In this document: in pieces, positions 24,201 to 38,200 of the stretch
Position numbering within the stretch: position 1 is the stretch's first letter
Layout of the letters: the number at the start of each line of letters is the position of its first letter
Source: Eledone cirrhosa
Taxonomy: Eukaryota
Direction of reading: 5' to 3'
DNA length: 64,000 nucleotides
Assembly (NCBI GenBank): GCA_964016885.1
Contig: OZ024741.1
Span: 280,922,001-280,986,000, forward strand
The notes under the pieces: generated by a model
Told to the model about the DNA's origin: nothing
What the model saw: only the letters and a program-made list of their open reading frames with translations
Databases searched by the model: none
Position numbers and translations under genes: made by a program

Positions 24201-24240
24201 AGCGATCGCTAACCGGAAGTGTTGACATTTGAAAATTTTA
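24201..24240 (+). promoter_or_regulatory. Second candidate HAUS8 promoter (ETS site plus CHR)
   Basis: ACCGGAAGTG (ETS consensus) followed by TTTGAA at 24228-24233, in a small CpG-containing patch within AT-rich DNA, ~2 kb upstream of the ATG exon. Confidence 0.4.
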
Positions 24241-24498
24241 AAGAAGTGAATCTTAAAATAAGCAACAAAATTATTTATATTTAATCAAGAATAACGAAAT
24301 TTAGTAGATAATTTATGTAATATTCATTCATTATTTATTCAAAGTAATCTAAATTATTTTACAAACGGGATAAGAAATAAAAATATGCTGGACGCAGTCC
24401 CACACTCCTTACTTTATTATAGTTTAGATTATATCCTTTTGCAAATCAAATATTAGCTGGATACTTAAAAATTCCATGGTTGGTGACAACTAAGACAC

Positions 24499-25440
24499 AA
24501 TAATAATAATAATTTCTTTATTAGCCACACAGGGCTTACATTAAGGAAACATTAAAGACGGTACAGGGCGATACAGTGGGTTTTTTGTGTAAAATAAAAT
24601 TTATAACAGACTAAGAAAAAAATAAACATTAAAAACAAAAGCAAACATAAATTCCCCAAAGATGAGGAGACTCCAAGGGTCACTCGTGGAGAAATCCCAC
24701 AAAAAACCACGGTCACCCTCTCTGTTAGGGTAAAGTTGTTGTCCAATCTACAGGCATATGCTCAAGGCAGGCCCATTCACACGTACCTTGTTCACCACTC
24801 TCACCCACCTTTTGACAAACTGGTTGGAAGGCAGTACTTCCCTCTCCACCTTGATTTTTTTTTTTCAAGTGAAACCTGGAAAAGTTAATCAGGGCTTCGC
24901 TGAAGAGGAAAGTGGCTGTCTTCAACCCTTTCAAAAACGTCCACCATACAGCCTCTTTCACCATGGCTACTAGGCAGATAAAAACTTCTCTAAAGGAAGA
25001 TGGTGGGGCGATCTTCACAATGGGCTCAGTTGATAGTTGGATCCGTCCTACATGTGATAGCAGTTGCTCGACATAAGTCCACTGGCAATACTTGGACACT
25101 CGATGAGTGCATGAAGGACTGTTCCGTCTCCTTGTGCTCATCTTGGACAGCCTCAGCTGATGGCACTTTCAGGCCTGTAGAATTTATCTTGAAGTGGCAA
25201 AGCTCCTCGGTAGCACTGCCAGGCCAGGGATTTCTAGAAGTTGTCCATGGACCCTGGACTGAAAGTCCTCTGGAAAAGAGTGGCTAGTTGATTTCCATCA
25301 ATGCCCAAAGTCTCCCCAAGAACATGGTCGTTTTTTTTTTTTGCCACTAACCCTCTATAGACTGCTGAGGTGGAGTTTCCACTGATCGTACTGCCCAATT
25401 GGCTGGGGGCTGTTAGCGCTTGAAGACATTGTATTGAATA
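24499..25440 (-). mobile_element. L1/Tx1-clade LINE 3' fragment
   Basis: ETVLHALIECP zinc-knuckle region, then WTYVEQLL...VFICLVAMVKEAVWWT; (TAT)n tail at 24499-24512. Confidence 0.7.
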
Positions 25441-26235
25441 AACTAATCTGAGTTCTATGTAGAAGGTTCACCCAAACAAATGTTTAATTTCACTAAAGAA
25501 CATTCCTTAAATAAGGCAATTAAAAATGAATTGGTATTAATGTTGTTGCAAGGACGGTGGATTGACAGAATTGTTTGAGCATTTGGTAAAGTGCTTTGAG
25601 GCATTTGTTCCTGCTCTTTACATTCTAAGTTCAAATCCCACCAAGGTCAACTTTGCCTTTCATCCTTCCAGGGTCGATAAAATAAAGTACCAGTCATGTA
25701 CTGGGTTTAGTCCACTCTAAATAGTTGTCCTTGTGCCTAAATTAGAAACCATTATGAATGTTGTAACCAAGCACTCAATTTTTTTATCTGAACAACATAA
25801 AGTCCTAAGAGTTGAAATAATTATTTCTAACATTGGCACTAGGCCAGCAATTTGAGAGAGGAGAAAGTCTATTATATTGACCCTAGTACTTAACTGGAAC
25901 TCTATTTTATTGACCCTGGAAAGATGAAAGGTAGAGTTGATCTTAACATGCTTGACTACTTAAAACCATGAGAGCAATATATTCTTGAAAAGTCCAGATC
26001 AGCACTATAACTGCATTACAGGTCTTTAATTTAGTTTACTACTAATTTCCATAATATCTGTCCACCAGTAAAGATACTATAAACATTTAAATTAACAAAT
26101 CTGTTTTTAGATATTTTTTACTAAACCGTTAGAGGATTTTATGAGTTAATATATTAATTCTCCTTCTATTTATGTTACAGTTCTATTAATAGATGTTTTT
26201 CTTTCTTCCATGTATTCTGTAGTTCCAGTTGTGGT

Positions 26236-29200
26236 ATGGCTAGTTCTACCTTGTCCCCACATCGTCTTGTGGACCTCGATCTGTCTGATTCTGAGGTGCA
26301 GCAGGTAAAAAAAAAAATTCTGAAATGTGAAATGTGTGTGCCCAAACGCAAATGACCATAATAATATTCCAGTACTATAGAGAAAATCAAGAGAGTAACC
26401 CTGGTGATGGAAAAAAAGTGGGCCCTTTACTTGATGTTCTCATTTATAGTGATCAGATATTATTGTGATAATTTGTGTTGGGATGCAAATATATCAAGTC
26501 AATTGCTTTGTTTAACCCCTTAGCATTTAAACTGGCAGTATCTGGCCAGAATTCTCTCACCTCTTTCTGTTCAAACTGGCTGAAACTGGCCACTCATACT
26601 GATGTATGAGTTATTGTTCTCATAATATCAAAATCTCATAGATTCAATATTATGTGAGATAATTATGTGATGTAAAGCCTTTACCGTGAAAATACAAGAG
26701 TAAATATAGAGTAATGTAAATGCTAAAGAGTTAAAATACTTTTTATTTGATTTTTGTATGGATCTTTTTTTTGTTCATGAATTATCCTGGCATCATCATC
26801 ATCATCACTGCCATTTAACTTCTGTTTTCCATGCTTACATAGGTTAGATGGCTGTCATGTGCTGAGGCCTGACTCCTAAGAGGACTAGGTACTGCTCATG
26901 TTTTATTTTGGCTTGGTTCTGTGGCTGGGTGCCCTTCCTAACACCAACCACTTACAGCATGTACTGGGAGTATTTTATTTTGATACCACTTTTACAAGGT
27001 GGACTAGGTACTTTTTGTTGTGGCACCAGCACTACCACCTTACAGAATGGACTGGGTGCTTTTCATCATGGCATCAACACTGTCACTTGGCAGTTCAGAT
27101 AAACTTTCTGATGTGAGAAATATTTACATTAAATTATAGAATTATTTTACTTTTAAGAAAGTAAAAGAAATTTGTTACATTTTTTAGAAAAAGGGCTGGT
27201 GAGTTCAAACTACAGTAAGCAGTTAAATTGTCAACATGATGATGATGATCATCATTTAACATCCATCTTCTATGTTAGGAAAGATTGTTATAGACTGGTC
27301 AGTCCTGAAGTAGAGTTACTGATCTCTCAGATGGCCTGCATCTTGCTTACATACATTCCCACACTCTACTAAGTTTTCTGATGGGCTGGGGGCCCACATA
27401 TCACTTACATGTATCCTGTGCTTTACCAATTTCATTTTATCATGACACTATGGAGGTTGTCCGCCATTCTTATGACTCTTATATATGTATGAAGTCACGT
27501 GGTTTAGTGGTTAGAGAATTGTATTCGCAATTGTGAGGTTGTGAGTTCGATTCCCAGACTGAGTGATGCATTATGCCCTTGAGCAAGACACTTTATTTCA
27601 TGTTGCTTATTTTGCCAGGAGTTGCAACTGGTGGATAGTATTAGCAATTATAAATACCAATGAAAACATTGTTTCCTCGATCTGATTTGACAGGCTCCAC
27701 CCCACTCGGTTAGCAAATGAGGTCTGGGAATCTTGTCCATCGACGATCATCATGTATATGGATCATGCAGACCATTTCTTGTATAAGGATTAAGTATTTC
27801 TAGCGTTTACTAGAATAATAAACTATTAGGAACAGCAATTTAATTTTAAGACTATGGAGTACTTTGTTGTTTTATTTAAGCTGATAGAGAAGCAACTTAA
27901 CATGCTAAACTATTGCCACTGTAATGAGTATTTTGGTGATATTTTATCTTAATTTTCAGAGCAAGAAATGTAATTCAAATAAAGAAAATGAAAAAGTTGA
28001 AATTTTTGATGTCAGTCATATCATACATAGTCCTACTTCTGATTGTGACTCTGGTGTTTTAAAAGATAAAGGTATTTCTGAATTAGATGTTTCTCATTTT
28101 TTGGGAGACTCACCAGCCAAAGTAGTATGCCACAAAAAACAAAAGAAGGATTCAAAGACAAAGCAGTGAGTGTCTCTTTTACAGATTTATGCTATCTTTG
28201 TATATTTCATTTCATTGTTTTTATGTATTGGCCGTTGGATTGGCAGTATTGTTAGTGTTGGACAACATGCTTTGCAGCATTGTTACATCTGTTTATGTTC
28301 CGAGTTTAAATCCTGCCAAGGTTAGCGTTCATCCTTCCGGGTTCGATAAAATAAAGTACCAGTCATGCACTGGGGTGCGTTTTATCAATTTTGTGTGCAA
28401 TTCTGTTGTTTTGAGAACTGTTTTACATAAACTTTACTGAAGACAAGTCTGTTGTGGATGATTTTGTATCCAGAACCATGGCTAATTTGCATGTACAGTG
28501 GAACTTCGGTTCATGAACGCCTCTCAAACATATCAGTTCACAAACAATTTTACCAAACATAAAACATCTTGGTTCACAAACAGTGTCTCGAGTAATGAAC
28601 ACACAAGCCAACAACAACGGTTAGCAACAAGCTTCGAGTATCAGCAGGAATGTGTCACTTGCTGTGTAGTTAGTTACTATGGTGATATCTATCTGTCTTT
28701 CACACACTGTCTCGAATGAAATAAGTTCAAGAGCCGAGGTTCTGCTGTAATTTGCTACTTTATGAATAGTCACCTGTTTGTTCAACTGAGCCATGTTAGA
28801 CTTGTTCAATGTTGTCTTCTGCACAGAGCTTGGCTGGACTTTTGTATCTTTGTCATATCATGCAACCACTCCTTAATTATTCAATTTATTTGTTGACAAT
28901 CCATAACAGCAAAACACTGTTCCCCTTAGGTCTCTGTTACACTTTCAGCTAACAGAAAACTGTGTGTGGGGTTATGAGTGAAGTGCTGGAAATAACATGA
29001 GGAGCGGAAAGACAAAACAACCAGGGCTTCTTCCCTGAGGATTTGTAATTAGGGGACATATGTCTGTGAGCTCCTGTGTGAAACTTGAGATTTCTAACTT
29101 GTGCAAAACCTATTCACTAATTACAAATCCTCATGAGGAAGGAGGCCCGGTTATTTTGCCCTTCTGCTCATGTGATTTCACTGCTCCTTTTACCTCTAGC

Positions 29201-32200
29201 CTGCCACTCATAAACCCATACACTGCTCTTCTGCTGTCAGATGTCCTTCCTGACGACAACACTTTTAGTCACTTTTAGTCACACAGGGATACTGTGCAGC
29301 TATTCAAAACTGGATTAGCTGTAAGTTTAAAATGATTTTGTATATGTTATCAGTGTAATGAAGTAATATCATTCTCTCTTTTTTTATCAATGGACTCCTC
29401 AGGCCTCCACTGATTACTGTGGTAGATGAAGTATTGCCAAAATCAAAATTCCAGGGTAAGTTAGTATTTTATATTACCTACAATGTTATGTCATTGAGGC
29501 TTCTGTTTTGGTTCTTAAAGTTACTTTTGCTTTTCATTAATTTAACTAAACGTCTTGTACTGCATGAAAACACGTTAGCATGATATTCTTGCAAAGTACA
29601 AGGCAGCACTACAACAGCATCCACATTAGAAATTAAACTCTTTACTCTAGTACTGCAAATTTTCACGATCTGTTCATCAGTGAAGATATTACAAACATTT
29701 GAATTAAACCTTTTTTTAATGAGTTAAACAATATAATTTATTAAACAATATAATTTATTAAAACAAATCTCAAATGAATTTGTCATTCTACAGGAAGTGG
29801 TGTTTCTTGTAAACCCACTGTCCACAATGTCCCATCCCTTAAACATCAGGGTTTGAAACAAGTACCTGATTGGTTAGTATTACTTCTATTAAGCTGGGCA
29901 TAGTAAGCTTTCAATTTCTTTAACCCTTTTGTTACCAACCTGGCCCAAACCAGCTTTGGTTCTATTAAATAAAGCTACTCATTTTAAAGGTTTCCAATTT
30001 AAATATTTTCTAACATTATTTTAAATAGGAACCATGCTTTAATCTAGTATCTTAGTAATGAAATAATTAATAATTTTAGTAAATCCCTAAAAATTCTTCA
30101 TTAATTAATTGAAATAGTGCATTTCATTAGAAGTATGGTCATGACCGAGTTAAATATGCTTATTATAATTGGTAAAGTGTGATTGATCTAGAATTAATTA
30201 GTTGATATAGAATATAGCAAGAATTCTATCTATGGGAGTATATTTACAAACAATATGAATTTTTTTTTTTTTTTCAAAGCTGAGGACAGTAGAGAAGTTA
30301 GTATTTGTCCAGGGAAATTTGGCTGTTATTTCTAGCAAATCAAGTAACCACTTCTTTACAACTTTTACAAACCAAGTAGAAAATGTACCATTAAATTTAT
30401 TTCAATATTTTATAACTTTCAGTCTTATAAATTTTTGAAAGTTATTTATTCCGACCTCATGTTATTTCAAAAAGAGGGTGGAAATGTTAAATTATTTCTC
30501 CATTTATTTGAAAAGGTTAAAAAAATTAGGGATGTTGTTATAAAATAGTGGAAGTGTCATGTAAGTTTTATATGGTTGACAAGTTCTTCTTGTCATATGA
30601 CATATGCACAATGGTTAGGGAGACAGATTGAGATTGGTGAGCCTAACTAAGGCGTCAATTATAGTATTATGGATTGTCTCTAGACCGGGAAAACATTTGA
30701 AGGGGCAATCCAGAACAACATGCAGCACTGACTGGTCAGAGTCCCCACAGTCGCATGCTGGGCTGTCTTTCATTTTTCCATCGATGGAGATGATGGGCTG
30801 TCCTGGCATGTGTTGTGCAGATCAGATTAAGGGATATCCATTGCTTTCTAGAAAGGTCAAAGCCGGCTGGTTTAGATGAGGGTTCCTGGATGAAGTCTTG
30901 GTTGGCAAATTTAGACTCATTCCATGATCTTCACCACTCTCCCTTCAGATCAAAGTTATTGTCTTGAAGGGTTTTCATTGATTCCCATACACATACTGCA
31001 CCAGCCATAAATTAAATTCAAACACACCCTTCAAGACCATACCCCAGTCCCCCCAGTAAATCAATAACCAACCTGCTCCAATTACTGGTATGGTGGCAAC
31101 TGACGTCATCAAGCTATTACAACTACTACTTCATTACATATTTAGCATTGCGCTTACACATAATGAGTACAGCCATAAGAAACTATCTCTAACCTATACT
31201 CCCCAAAATACCTGACCTGGAATATACCGCAAGCTAGGAGTACTTTGAAAGCAAAAGATCGATTAAGAGAATTTTGTATAGGGATTCATAGAATAGAAGG
31301 AGGGAGAGACAGCAAATGAGAGAGGGGTGGTAATGAAAAAGGGTAGGATAAGAGTGGGAAAAGACAGAGAGAGAGAGAGCAATAAAATTAGAAGATTGAA
31401 AGAAAAAATATTGTCAGAGAAAGATATGTATGTGTGCATGAGTATGTGTATAAATTTCTGCGATTCTGTCACAACACATAGAGAGAGGAGTAGTTTGACA
31501 TCCTCATACTACTCCTCTCTTTTTACCTCTGCTGCCTGCGTGAATGTATGTCTGTGTAAAAGGAAGGTAGAGAGTGGTAAAACGCTATGTGTGTGTGTTT
31601 GTGCGTTTATATTTATATATTCATACATATTGCGTTTGTGTGAATGTATGCCGGTGAGTGTATTTTTGTGTGTCTGTGTTTGCGCATTTATATTTATATG
31701 TTCATACATATAAATGTATGCATATGCACATACACACACATAAACACGTACGCGTCAGCGTGTTGGAAAAAGTTCTAGTGTATTAAAAAGTTCAAATTAT
31801 AAAAATTTGTTGGAAATATTTCCAAGGGAATGCATAAATAACACCACTGAAGATGTAGTAAATGTAGATAAAACTGTATATCATTGTGAAAAAATCACTC
31901 CAGATATTTTAGCACCTTATTTACATAGAATTTGAAGTTGGTGAAAATTGTCAAAATATTGTCATATATTCCTCGGCTTATATTCGAGTATATATGGTAT
32001 ATTACTATGTGATATCATGGAATATGAATATGACATTTGCTATTTTCTTATCTTTTCAGTTAACATGAAACAAACGAAGAGCACCAGTTTCTTTAAACCT
32101 GATAAAAATGTGTATGTCTTTTTATAAAAAAATGTTTTAATAACTTGCTTTTATAAACTTCTTGCTTATGGACTTCATTCTTTTGGATTAGTGGCTATAT

Positions 32201-35200
32201 GAATGTGGTGTGGGCTTCATACTTGGGACTGGTGGTTTTATGTGAATGGATGGGCTTTATCCATCTCTTAGATTGTTGGCTTCATGTGAGAATTCATCAT
32301 AGTGTCGCCTGACTGAGCTTTCTCTCTCCTATCAACCCCGATCTACCTCAAGGCTCATTTTTGTCTCCTGTATTCTTCCTCCTATACATGCAACAATCTA
32401 TTAGCAGTCACCTCTAACAGTGTTCCCTCCTTCTGCATGCAGGTGTCATCCACATGGCAACCCAGACACCTTACATCAGAAACAGCACTGCTACCATGAA
32501 AGAGAACTCAAAACCAACATCTAATTGGGGTATACCAGCCTTGTTCCTTTTAAAAGCATAATAACAATCACTACAACATATATCAAGAAAACATTGCTGT
32601 ACAAGCAGCCCTTTACATGAACACCACACAACCAGAACCCTCAAGGTTGCTGCAAATGCTATGTCTCACCATCACTTATCATCTCTTAACAAACACATAA
32701 CCTCAGCATAGACAGGCCTTTCTCTCCAGAGCCAGAAAATACTTTAGTCTCTAACAATTAATAATTATTTATAAGTCTCAGGTAGGGACCCACAATAATA
32801 CTGCTCACATATCTGGGACAGTGTTGCTGTTACACACACTCTCTTTCTCTCTCTCACCCAAAGAAAGGTCACTTTACTTATTGGTATGAAACCACTCCCA
32901 AACATTCTCACTCTGACCAATAGACATCCTGTCTTCTTTTTCTGTCTATTCTACTGCTCCTACAAGTGGTATTTTCTTAGAACTTGCTTATCTCATGCTG
33001 CTTCAAGTCAGATGCTCACTCTCATTGAGTCCAATGGGCCTTCTACCAGGCAGACACACAGTCCTTCCCATACAGAATGTTGACTGCTTTGAATTCTCCA
33101 AGTTTTTTTCCTGCTACTGTTTGAAAGGAAGATTAAACTTGTGAAGACCAACAGCACAACCCCTTTCATTACCATGTTTCTAATGACAGGTACTGTCTAT
33201 AATTTTCAAATAATTTGGAAAAGAATTTTGAGTGATTTAGTAATATAACCAACTTTCTCATTAAGCTGATGTTTGGAACATAGCTTAAAAATTCTTACAT
33301 AAAATTATGGTGGATGATTTTTATATAAACAAAAACACTTTAAGCCTTTCGTTACCATATTTCACTGTCTATGGTTTTCAAATAATTTTGAAAACAATCA
33401 AGAATTTGGAGGGATTTAATAATAATTATTTCTACTTTAGGCACAAGGCCAGCAAATTACTCAGTGCATTACTGGTACTTTATTTTATTGACCCCGTAAG
33501 GATGAAAGGCAAAGTCAACCTCAGCGGGATTTGAACTCGGATCGTAAAGGGACGTAACTATGCTGGAAAGCATGGCGTCCGACCCTCTACCGATACTGCC
33601 AATCCACCAATAATAATATAACTTAAATATTAATCTGGTGTTTGGAACATAACTTACCGAAAGTTCTTACATAAAATTATGATGGGAAGTTTTCAGATAA
33701 ATATAAACACTTACAAATAAAGTTTTGTCTCAAAAAGTATAGGCAGTTTCAGGTGGTTTGGTATTAAAAGAGTTAAAAAAACTGATCTTAAACTGATGCT
33801 GGCATTATTTCTTTATCAATCTTTGTTTTATCTTTTCTAGTGAAAAGTCTACATCAAAACCTAAAAAGAAAGGTATGCTTATATTTTTGTTTAACTCTAG
33901 TTGTCTTTGTTTTCTTCTTCAGTCAATCTAAGCCAAGTGATTACATAGTAAACTAAATGTTAAGATTTTTATGTAAATAATTGTTTCTACTTTTGGCACA
34001 AGGCCAGCAAATTACCCAGTGCATTACTGGTACTTTATTTTATCAGTAATGCACTATTAATATTAGACATTATAAACACCAATTTGAGACAGATTAAAAT
34101 AGCAGGCCCACTGATGGGAGTCCACATCTCTCTGCCACACAACAGCAGGCCCACTGATGGGAGTCAAACCATGTATCTCTCTTTCACACAACATGTGTAT
34201 ACATATATATTCATTAATATGTATCTGTGTCTATGTCTACACATGTATTTATGTACAAAGGTCAGCTGAAAAGTTCATAGGCTGATCAAGATACTCTCAT
34301 GAAATGACCAAATGATGTTTATTTTTCAAAATAAAATCTGGAAAGAAACAATGCAGTTAGTTATTAGAAGTTGAAATTAATACATTTAAGGTTTCACAGC
34401 TCTAGCATCACTTCTTCATAGTCAGCCTATGAACTTTTCAGCTGACCCTCGTATGTGTGTAAGTGCTGAAATAAGTTTAAAAAATTTTTTTTACATCACT
34501 AGGAAGAGTTGTTCCATCTCGATACATGCAGTCTGCTCAGAATTTCAAAATTCAAACTCCTCCGAATAAGGTATATCTGTTTTTCTTCTTTTAAAAAGAA
34601 TATTAGAAACATCTTTATGCCAAAAGTAGACTGTATATGAAGGTGAGCCATGGAAAGATTTGTAAAGTCTGAAGAGAAATATGTGGAGTATGATGTTAAG
34701 TGAACAACATTGACTTGTATGAAAGCACATTAGCTGAAAGAGTAGCTTGACATTTAAGATACCAGTTGATGCATGTAGACAGTAATTGTTGTGATTTAGA
34801 CTTGTGTGATGTGAATTGATGTTGAGTGCTTGATGAAAATGTGCTAACAATGGGACATGCCTAGAGAAGACACTTGAAAGTAGCAAGGGCATATCTGAAG
34901 ATATTGGATACTGGAGATTTACTCTATTGCAAACTTGTCCAATGCTAACATGTTGAAACGACGAGGTTGATTTTTCAATAACTTTAATTTTGGGTTGTCT
35001 ATTATTAAAAAATGTTATTCCATGCCAAGATAAAAAGCATTTAATCCACCCTGTAAGGTTGTAGTGCTGGTGCCACAACAAAAAATACCCTGTCCACACT
35101 GTAAAGTTGTTGGCATTAGGAAGACCATCCAGCTGCAGAATCCAATTCTCAAATGTGGCATATAAATAAAACATGGTCATGTGACCAGTCTAGCATCAGT

Positions 35201-38200
35201 TCATGACAACACATCTAATGCATGCAAGCATGGAAAATAGATGTTAAATGGTGATGATGATGATAGGAAATGTGACATTAGACCATCAATAATCTAAATC
35301 TGTGATTTGGTATTATTTTGCTTCACCTACTCGATCAATGATTTATTGAAAGTTATGGGCATCTTGTATTCATATTTCTATGTACTGTAACTATTGCTTT
35401 TCTTTCAACATTGTTTTTGCATGAATACAAAGCCACATATTTGCAGAGGAAGGAATATATTTTGTTTTGGAAATTTATGTTTATACCCTCCATCAGACGC
35501 CTACCATACTCTGAACGCCTTGCTTCCCTGGGCATGGATTCATTGAAGCTCCGACGTCTGGCAATGGAATTGGTAAACGCCCACAAAGTTATTAACCATC
35601 TCGCCAACAACAACCCTGAGCACCTTTTTGATCTCTATGTGTCTAACACACGTGGACATGCCTACAAAATCAGAAAACAGCACAGCTCCCATGACTTTCG
35701 TAAACATTTTTTCACGCTCAGAGTTGCTGAAGCATGGAACAAACTGCCTGCGTCAGTTGTTAGCTGCCGAGACACTGCATCCTTTAAAACACTCATGCTT
35801 CCCGAAATACGCCAAAACTACACCTGATGTACCCCTTCCATACACATGCACACGTGTATATCATGACTCATGCACTGTTCATTTTCCTGACGTTTGTACA
35901 TTACCCTATGTACTATACATACACTTTTTGATGAGTTGTAGTGCACCTGAGCACTGTACACAATATTTCATTATTATTATTATGCCTTGGAAGAGTAGAG
36001 ATTTGATGCATATATTAATGAGTTGTTAAAATCCTGCTGAGGTTAACTTTGCTTTTCATCCTTCCAGGATCGATGAAATAAAGTACCGGTCAAATACTGG
36101 GGTCAATAAAATCAACTTTCACCTCCACTCAAAACTGCTAACCTTGTGCCTAATTTAGAAAGCATTATTTCTTTACATTTTTAGGTATCCAAAAGTAGCC
36201 TTAATCTACCCAAAACAAATAGTAGGTCATCTGGAGACAGCAGCGTGGTGTCAGGAAACAGTAATACTAGGATAAAGCCGACATCAACTCCAAACAAACA
36301 GGATCTTCCTTTACCATATATTGATGCTTCCACTATTATTCATGATGTATCAACAAGTAAGTTCCTTCATTAATCTACATTGAAATCTTTTGTTTGGTTT
36401 AATTTTTTTGTTCATATCTTGGTAAATCAGATCAATTTATCAAAGTTTTATGTCTGTTTTTCTATATTTCCATGAATTGGTTGCCATCAGTTCTTATCCA
36501 GCACAGCTTCCTTCCAATTGTTGCATTCCTTTGTCATTACCACTTCTGCCCAACTCTTCCTCGGCCTTCTTCTTTCTCAGCTACCTTCTACTTGGAACTC
36601 CTAGAATCAATTATCTGCACTAGCTCAATCTTTCTTGCACACTACATCTGATTTTTTTTGATTCCAGCATATCACATATCCATACCAGCTCAATCTTCTC
36701 TCTTGCACACATCTAATTTCTGTTATACTCTGTTTTTCCTTTGTCTGTGTTTTGTCATTCATGCACACTAACATTTCACATCCGGCAGAGCATGTTCACC
36801 TCATTTCTTTCTAACTTTTGCACATTCTATGCACTCTTTGCCCATGTTTCACAACTATGCAGCATTGCATTTTGTACATAGACATCATTCAAACTATCCT
36901 TGACTTGTAGAGAGAATCTCAATTGCTATCAGAAGTAGTAACTCCTTGAACTTTTCCTCCCAGTTGTGATTCTGGTTTACTATACTTTTGGAGCACACTC
37001 CACTGCTAATTGGATCACTTACTTGTACTTCTTTGGATTGGAAGGTGCTTGTTTTAATGGTACTTTTACTACTTACTACCCCTTTATATCTGCCATACAC
37101 TGTTTCTTTTACTTTTTTGGCCTGCGTGTGATCTCACTACATCTTTTGTGCACCTGTTGTTCACACTGAGTACACTCATCATCATCATCATCATCATCAG
37201 GTTTAGCGTCCGTGTTCCACGCTTGCATGGGTTTGGACGGGGGTTTTCCCACTTGAGGCAAGAGTGGTTGTCTTGCTCGCATAGGACTGTCTGGCGGGTT
37301 TTCTACAGTTGGATGCCCTTCCTAACACCAACCACATTTACAGTGTGGGGCTGGGAGGTTTTTACCGTGTCGCCTACACGGCCACATTTACAGCGTGGAC
37401 TGTGTGTTTTTTTTTTGTCGTGACACCTACACGATCTCATTTGTTTCGGCCTGGATGTTGTGGGACCAACATAACTGTACATTGAAAGGGGCGGTGTGGA
37501 TGGGGTGGAGGTGGTGGGACGGGGGGGGTGTTTTGATAGAGATGCCTACTGACTGTAGTAGGTTTTTACTTTGTATTTAGGTGAGGCGGGTCTTCTCTAT
37601 TACTGAGTACCGCCAAAGGTCTCGGTCCAGTGACATTGTCTTGGAGAGGTGTAAGCGTGTGAGGTCGGAATTTATCAGCTCGTCCCATGTTTTTCTGGGT
37701 CTGCCTACTCCGTGGCTACCGTCTATCTTTATTGCCCTGCACTTTGTTATACAGCTGTCGTCTTTCATGCGCATCACGTGACCGTACCAACGTAGCCTTC
37801 TCTCGAGTAAACAACATCTGATCCCTCTTATTTCTAATTTTTTCCTTAGTTCGTTTATGCTTTGCCGTTCACGTATATTACTATTGCACATCCAGCGGAG
37901 CATGCAAGCTTCGTTCCTCTCTAGTCTGCGTATATCCTCTGCACACAATGCCCAGCTCTCACTGCCATGCAGCATTGCTGTTCGTATGCAGGCATCGTAT
38001 AACCTGCCTTTCATTTTTAGGGAGAACCCTCTAGCGGCTAATAGTGGTATAAGCTCTCTGAACTTTTTCCATCCAGTTCTGACTCTAGCTACTGTACTTT
38101 CAGAGCACCCTCCCCCACTGCTGATTTTGTCACCCAGGTAACGGAAGCTGTCCACTATTTCTATAGAACCCTCTGCGCAGTTGAAGGAGCTAGTATTTTG

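Noticed and set aside
30280-30296. Possible HAUS8 micro-exon
   Set aside because: It gives a stop after the phase-2 donor and the wrong exit phase otherwise; the surrounding sequence looks repeat-derived.
31845-31890. CTGAAGA...AAAAC hammerhead-like remnant
   Set aside because: The GAAA core and stem II are both disrupted.
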